DNA from: Oculina patagonica
Taxonomy: Eukaryota
Reading direction: 5' to 3'
DNA: 64,000 nucleotides
Assembly: GCF_052425735.1 (NCBI RefSeq)
Contig: NC_135761.1
Location: 12,400,001 to 12,464,000, forward strand
A program made the position numbers and the translations under genes. Shown piece by piece: positions 60,701-64,000 of this stretch; position 1 is the stretch's first letter; each line of letters starts with the position of its first letter. A model generated the notes under the pieces. It saw only the letters and a program-made list of their open reading frames with translations, had not been told where the DNA came from and did not search any database.

Positions 60701-63178
60701 CTAAATCTATCGACGGACGTTCTTTGCGCGATTAATGTATAAAATCTGCTTTTACGCCCCTCTGTTCGTATAAGAACTTCCTAATTACAGAGCCTTACGT
60801 CTAGATTGATATCAAAGTTGGCGTATTTATAGTCGAAGTGACGTGTTAATGAGTAGTAAAGCTTGTAACCGTCAATATAATCTGGATAATAAGAGACACA
60901 ATCCCCAAGAAAAAAGGAGAATACAGTACGCCCTTTGAGGGGGATAGGACACGCTATGTCGGACTAAGATTTGACAATGACATCCCTTAAAATCGAACGA
61001 AACTTCGAAATAATCCTGTTAAACTGTGAAAAGACACAGGAGATGTATTAAGGAACTAAAAGAGAGTGATGATGGCTCAACCTGACTAAGATTGAAGGGG
61101 ATTGCACTGAACGCACACTTGATTTCAATGCGATGGAAAACAAAAGCAAACTGTAGTCAGTCAGTCGGTCGATCAGTCAGTCGGTCGATCAGTCAGTCAG
61201 TCAGTCAGTCAGTCAACAAGCCAAGAAAGATATAGTGTTTTTCTCTAAAGCTGTGCGGTCTGAACACTACCAGGCGAGGAGACATAACTAAAAAGACGCT
61301 AGAGAGGTCCTCGCCTGAGTGAATAGGGGTGGAGGATTAGGAGGGAGTCGATCGAACTCCGGGAGAGGCAACAAAAGAGATCGTTGACGTACCTCGTTGG
61401 ATGTGAAAGAGATGGCCGAGCAGGACGTGGGACAAGATGGCGAGCCGATGACGAGGACGTCGGGGACGCACGGTGGAGGGACCGGACACTTGGGCGTGGG
61501 CGAGAGGGGAGGGGACGGACACGCCCAAGACCCGCCGGGATCCCAAAGTTGTCGCCGGAGACCCCCACGTCCAAGGGCCGGGGGGGGGACCCGGGCCCGC
61601 CTGGGCCCCCACCCCCGAGGATGGTGCCGCCCGGGGGGGGGGGCGGCGAGGGGGGGGGGGGCCGGCCGCGGCACACCGGGAACGCCCGCCCGAGAGGAGA
61701 GGAAAAAAAGGGGGGGCCGAGACCACTGGAGGAGGGGGGGGACGGGCGGAGGGGGAACGGCGGCGGCCCCCACCGGGCCCCCGGGACGGAGGGGGGGGGG
61801 GGGCCGGGGCGGACGGAGACAGACAGGGGGGCGGCAAGTAAGAACACAGAGACGCGCACGGGCGGAGCCGGGGCGCCGGGGGAGACGGGCGCGGACGCAG
61901 ACACGGGCGACCGGGGAGACGAGAGGGACCGCCCAGGGAGAGGACACAAGAACAAGCCCACACCGGCCTCCAGCCGGAGTAATAAAACGTCGTGCACGCG
62001 TAAGCCCACCCTTACACAGGCGACGCAATGTTTTGTCGCAAAATATTCAACTTATTGAATTTCTCATTCTCGTGATTTTTCAGCTGAGAGAGTGGTAAAG
62101 TGGCTGTCTACATGTGCGATATTTTAACACGTCCACGACGACATGTTTTAAACTTGGATTGAAAATGAAGTATATTTTCGCCTATCGGAGATGCAGCTTA
62201 AAGTGGAGTGGGAAATGTCAGTTCAACTGATAGAGATTCACGAATGTTTCGCCAAGAAACGGTTTTGATTAAAAAAAGTAGACTTCTTGTCCCATGTTTC
62301 ATTGACGTAGTTGGTCTCTTAGCAACAACTGATTTTTTTAAATGCCCAATTTCCTTTATGCAACGTGTCTCATAGTATCGTGGCTATGTTCAACATACGA
62401 AGTCCAAAATTATTTTTACGTGTGGGTTCTTGTTCAGATACTGTAAAAGCTCTATCAAGTCCCTGGGGGCTTATTTCCTTTTATGACCTTTAAGAGGGGG
62501 TTATTAGAGACTTAAAGAAATAAAGTGTTAGTGCTATTTGGTAACACATTTTCACAAAAAGCAACAACAACAATAAGTAAATGTAGTGGTAACCTGCGAT
62601 CAGGCGTTATTTTTCCCTTCGCCGCGAAAAAAAAGGAAGCCTAATCGCAGGTTAATGTAGTGGAGGAATACCTTTTAAAAGCGTAAAGGTACCTCGTTCC
62701 CTTGTTTATAAATTGTCATGATTTACCATCTAGAGAAAGGGTGGGGGCTTAATAAAGGGGGAACCTTTTTTAAAAATTGAACTTCAAGACTGGGGGCTTG
62801 TGAGAGACTGAAGTGTCAGCCGTCTTCTCGATCTAACCCTTCGAGACGGAGAGATACAACAATTCGATATTTTTAGGCCTTTGCTACTGAAATACTCCGT
62901 TTAAAAATCAGAAATTGGTTTCTGTTGCACTCTCGAGGAGTGCAGGCTCAATTTCCAGAAGAGCGGTTAGTAATCGAGCCTTGGTGGTTTACGGAACACT
63001 TCAAACGCGTGCAAAAACCTGCCAGAATACCGGATACAACTAAACCAACTTCTCTCGGAACACAACAGAAGAGAGATTAAACTCATTCACTCACCTTGCC
63101 AGTGAGGCTCGTCTGAGGCTTTGCAGACTTCCAACAGGAAATTATCGAGTCCTCCCCTCCCGTCAGTAATGTCTCGGA
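57791..63178 (-). CDS. WDR89: WD40-repeat protein WDR89-like, last two coding exons; 5' part lies beyond the right edge
   Basis: Exon 63095-63178 (TTACAG| ... AAG|GTGAGT, phase 0) encodes SETLLTGGEDSIISCWKSAKPQTSLTGK, resembling the terminal WD repeat LLTGGED...W of WDR89. Exon 57791-57874 (TTTCCCCTGCCAG|) encodes AVSGAVEKLKAHGSKPYEKPSNDRKET*. Only 55 aa are visible. Confidence 0.6.
61156..61214. repeat. (GTCA)n microsatellite, interrupted
   Basis: GTCAGTCAGTCGGTCGATCAGTCA... run. Confidence 0.9.
62590..62654. mobile_element. 65-bp palindromic mini-transposon with 9-bp TSD (AcademH-like)
   Basis: TIR TAACCTGCGATCAGGC / GCCTAATCGCAGGTTA, flanked by the perfect direct repeat ATGTAGTGG (62581-89, 62655-63). 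Confidence 0.7.
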
Positions 63179-63838
63179 CTGTAATTACAATACAATCAAG
63201 AGTTAGCACAAGGATAGCGTTGACAAATTTATGAAATAAATGCGCTGCAATATCGATAGGACGAATATTTGCGTGCTCATTGCTAACCACTTTTATTTTC
63301 TTTTTTTAGTAAACGACTTTGGAACGGTTTTCGAAAACTCCCAAAGCAGTTTTTAAAATGACAATGAACAGGAAGTATGAGTTTCAAAGGCGAAATAATT
63401 TTGTGCAACAAGTTGCTGATTGACTGGGCCCCACATGGAAAGTGGGGTTATGACGTCATACCACAAGCGGTACATTTTTGTGATATTTAACGGAGAAAAA
63501 AGCGATTTTTCTACTGTGCATATAGCCAACAGTACTCTGTCTAGAAGACTTTAAGAACTTAACATAAAACTTTTAAAAACAGTCTGGTTGAGTATATTGA
63601 ATGTTACGATGGTTTGCTTGAAAAATGACATCGTTTATTCTCCGCTTTCAGAGGTGAGTCGAGACTAGTAAAAAGCTGCAACAAATTAGAACTTCAGCCA
63701 CTGGATAACTGGGATTCAATGTTGTATTTGACGGTATGAAAATCCCGCGCTGGCTACTCCTCAATATTTTTACTGCGCCCGCTTCCTAAACCCTAACTCA
63801 AACCAAAGTACACGATTTTCCATACTCTAGTCTATTTT

Positions 63839-64000
63839 GGGAGGCGCGGTGGCCTAATGGTTAGACACTTTACTCTCACAGTGCCTATCTCCACCCAGGT
63901 GTATAAATGGGTACCGGCGAATTTACTGCTGGGGGGTAACCCTGCGATGGACTAGCATCCCATCCAGGGGGGGAGTAGCAATACTCCTAGTCGCTTAATG
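63839..64000 (+). mobile_element. tRNA-derived SINE (internally deleted, runs off the window)
   Basis: Head GGGAGGCGCGGTGGCCTAATGGTTAG joined directly to the core CTCCACCCAGGTGTATAAATGGGTACCGGCGAA, as in 3021-3326. Confidence 0.75.

Noticed and set aside
61288-62098. Six overlapping 122-246 aa ORFs
   Set aside because: Compositional artefact of the GC-rich, T-poor block; open in all frames on both strands.
63087-63290. 67-aa ORF as translated in the track
   Set aside because: A different frame of the 63095-63178 exon gives the WD40 motif LLTGGED..W and splices in phase to the last exon.

Overview
AT-rich, intron-rich animal genomic DNA; gene structure and repeat families suggest an anthozoan such as a stony coral (inference). 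Four protein-coding genes lie on the minus strand, reconstructed from GT-AG splice sites with consistent phases: the 5' part of a KIF28-like kinesin-3 (13 exons, 12980 down to 1733, continuing off the left edge), a complete E2F4/5 (6 exons, 323 aa), a complete PSKH1-like kinase (2 exons, 581 aa) and the last two exons of a WDR89-like WD40 gene. Introns and intergenic DNA carry many mobile elements: the 3' end and LTR of a BEL/Pao retrotransposon, a Ginger2-like element, MITEs resembling pogo/Tc2, Harbinger, hAT, Kolobok, P and Academ elements (some nested three deep), tRNA-derived SINEs and L2 fragments. The standout is a 1,024-bp non-coding insertion at 34895-35918. It is a tandem array of ~340-nt highly self-complementary units, each with a type I hammerhead ribozyme, with an inverted 5' tail and a 12-13-bp target-site duplication. 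This is a retrozyme / Penelope-like architecture, and it sits just inside an intron of a putative spliced RNA transcribed divergently from the E2F promoter. Two G-rich, T-poor blocks (about 18.6-19.0 kb and 61.3-62.0 kb) are probably long-read artefacts. All calls were made by eye, without database searches.
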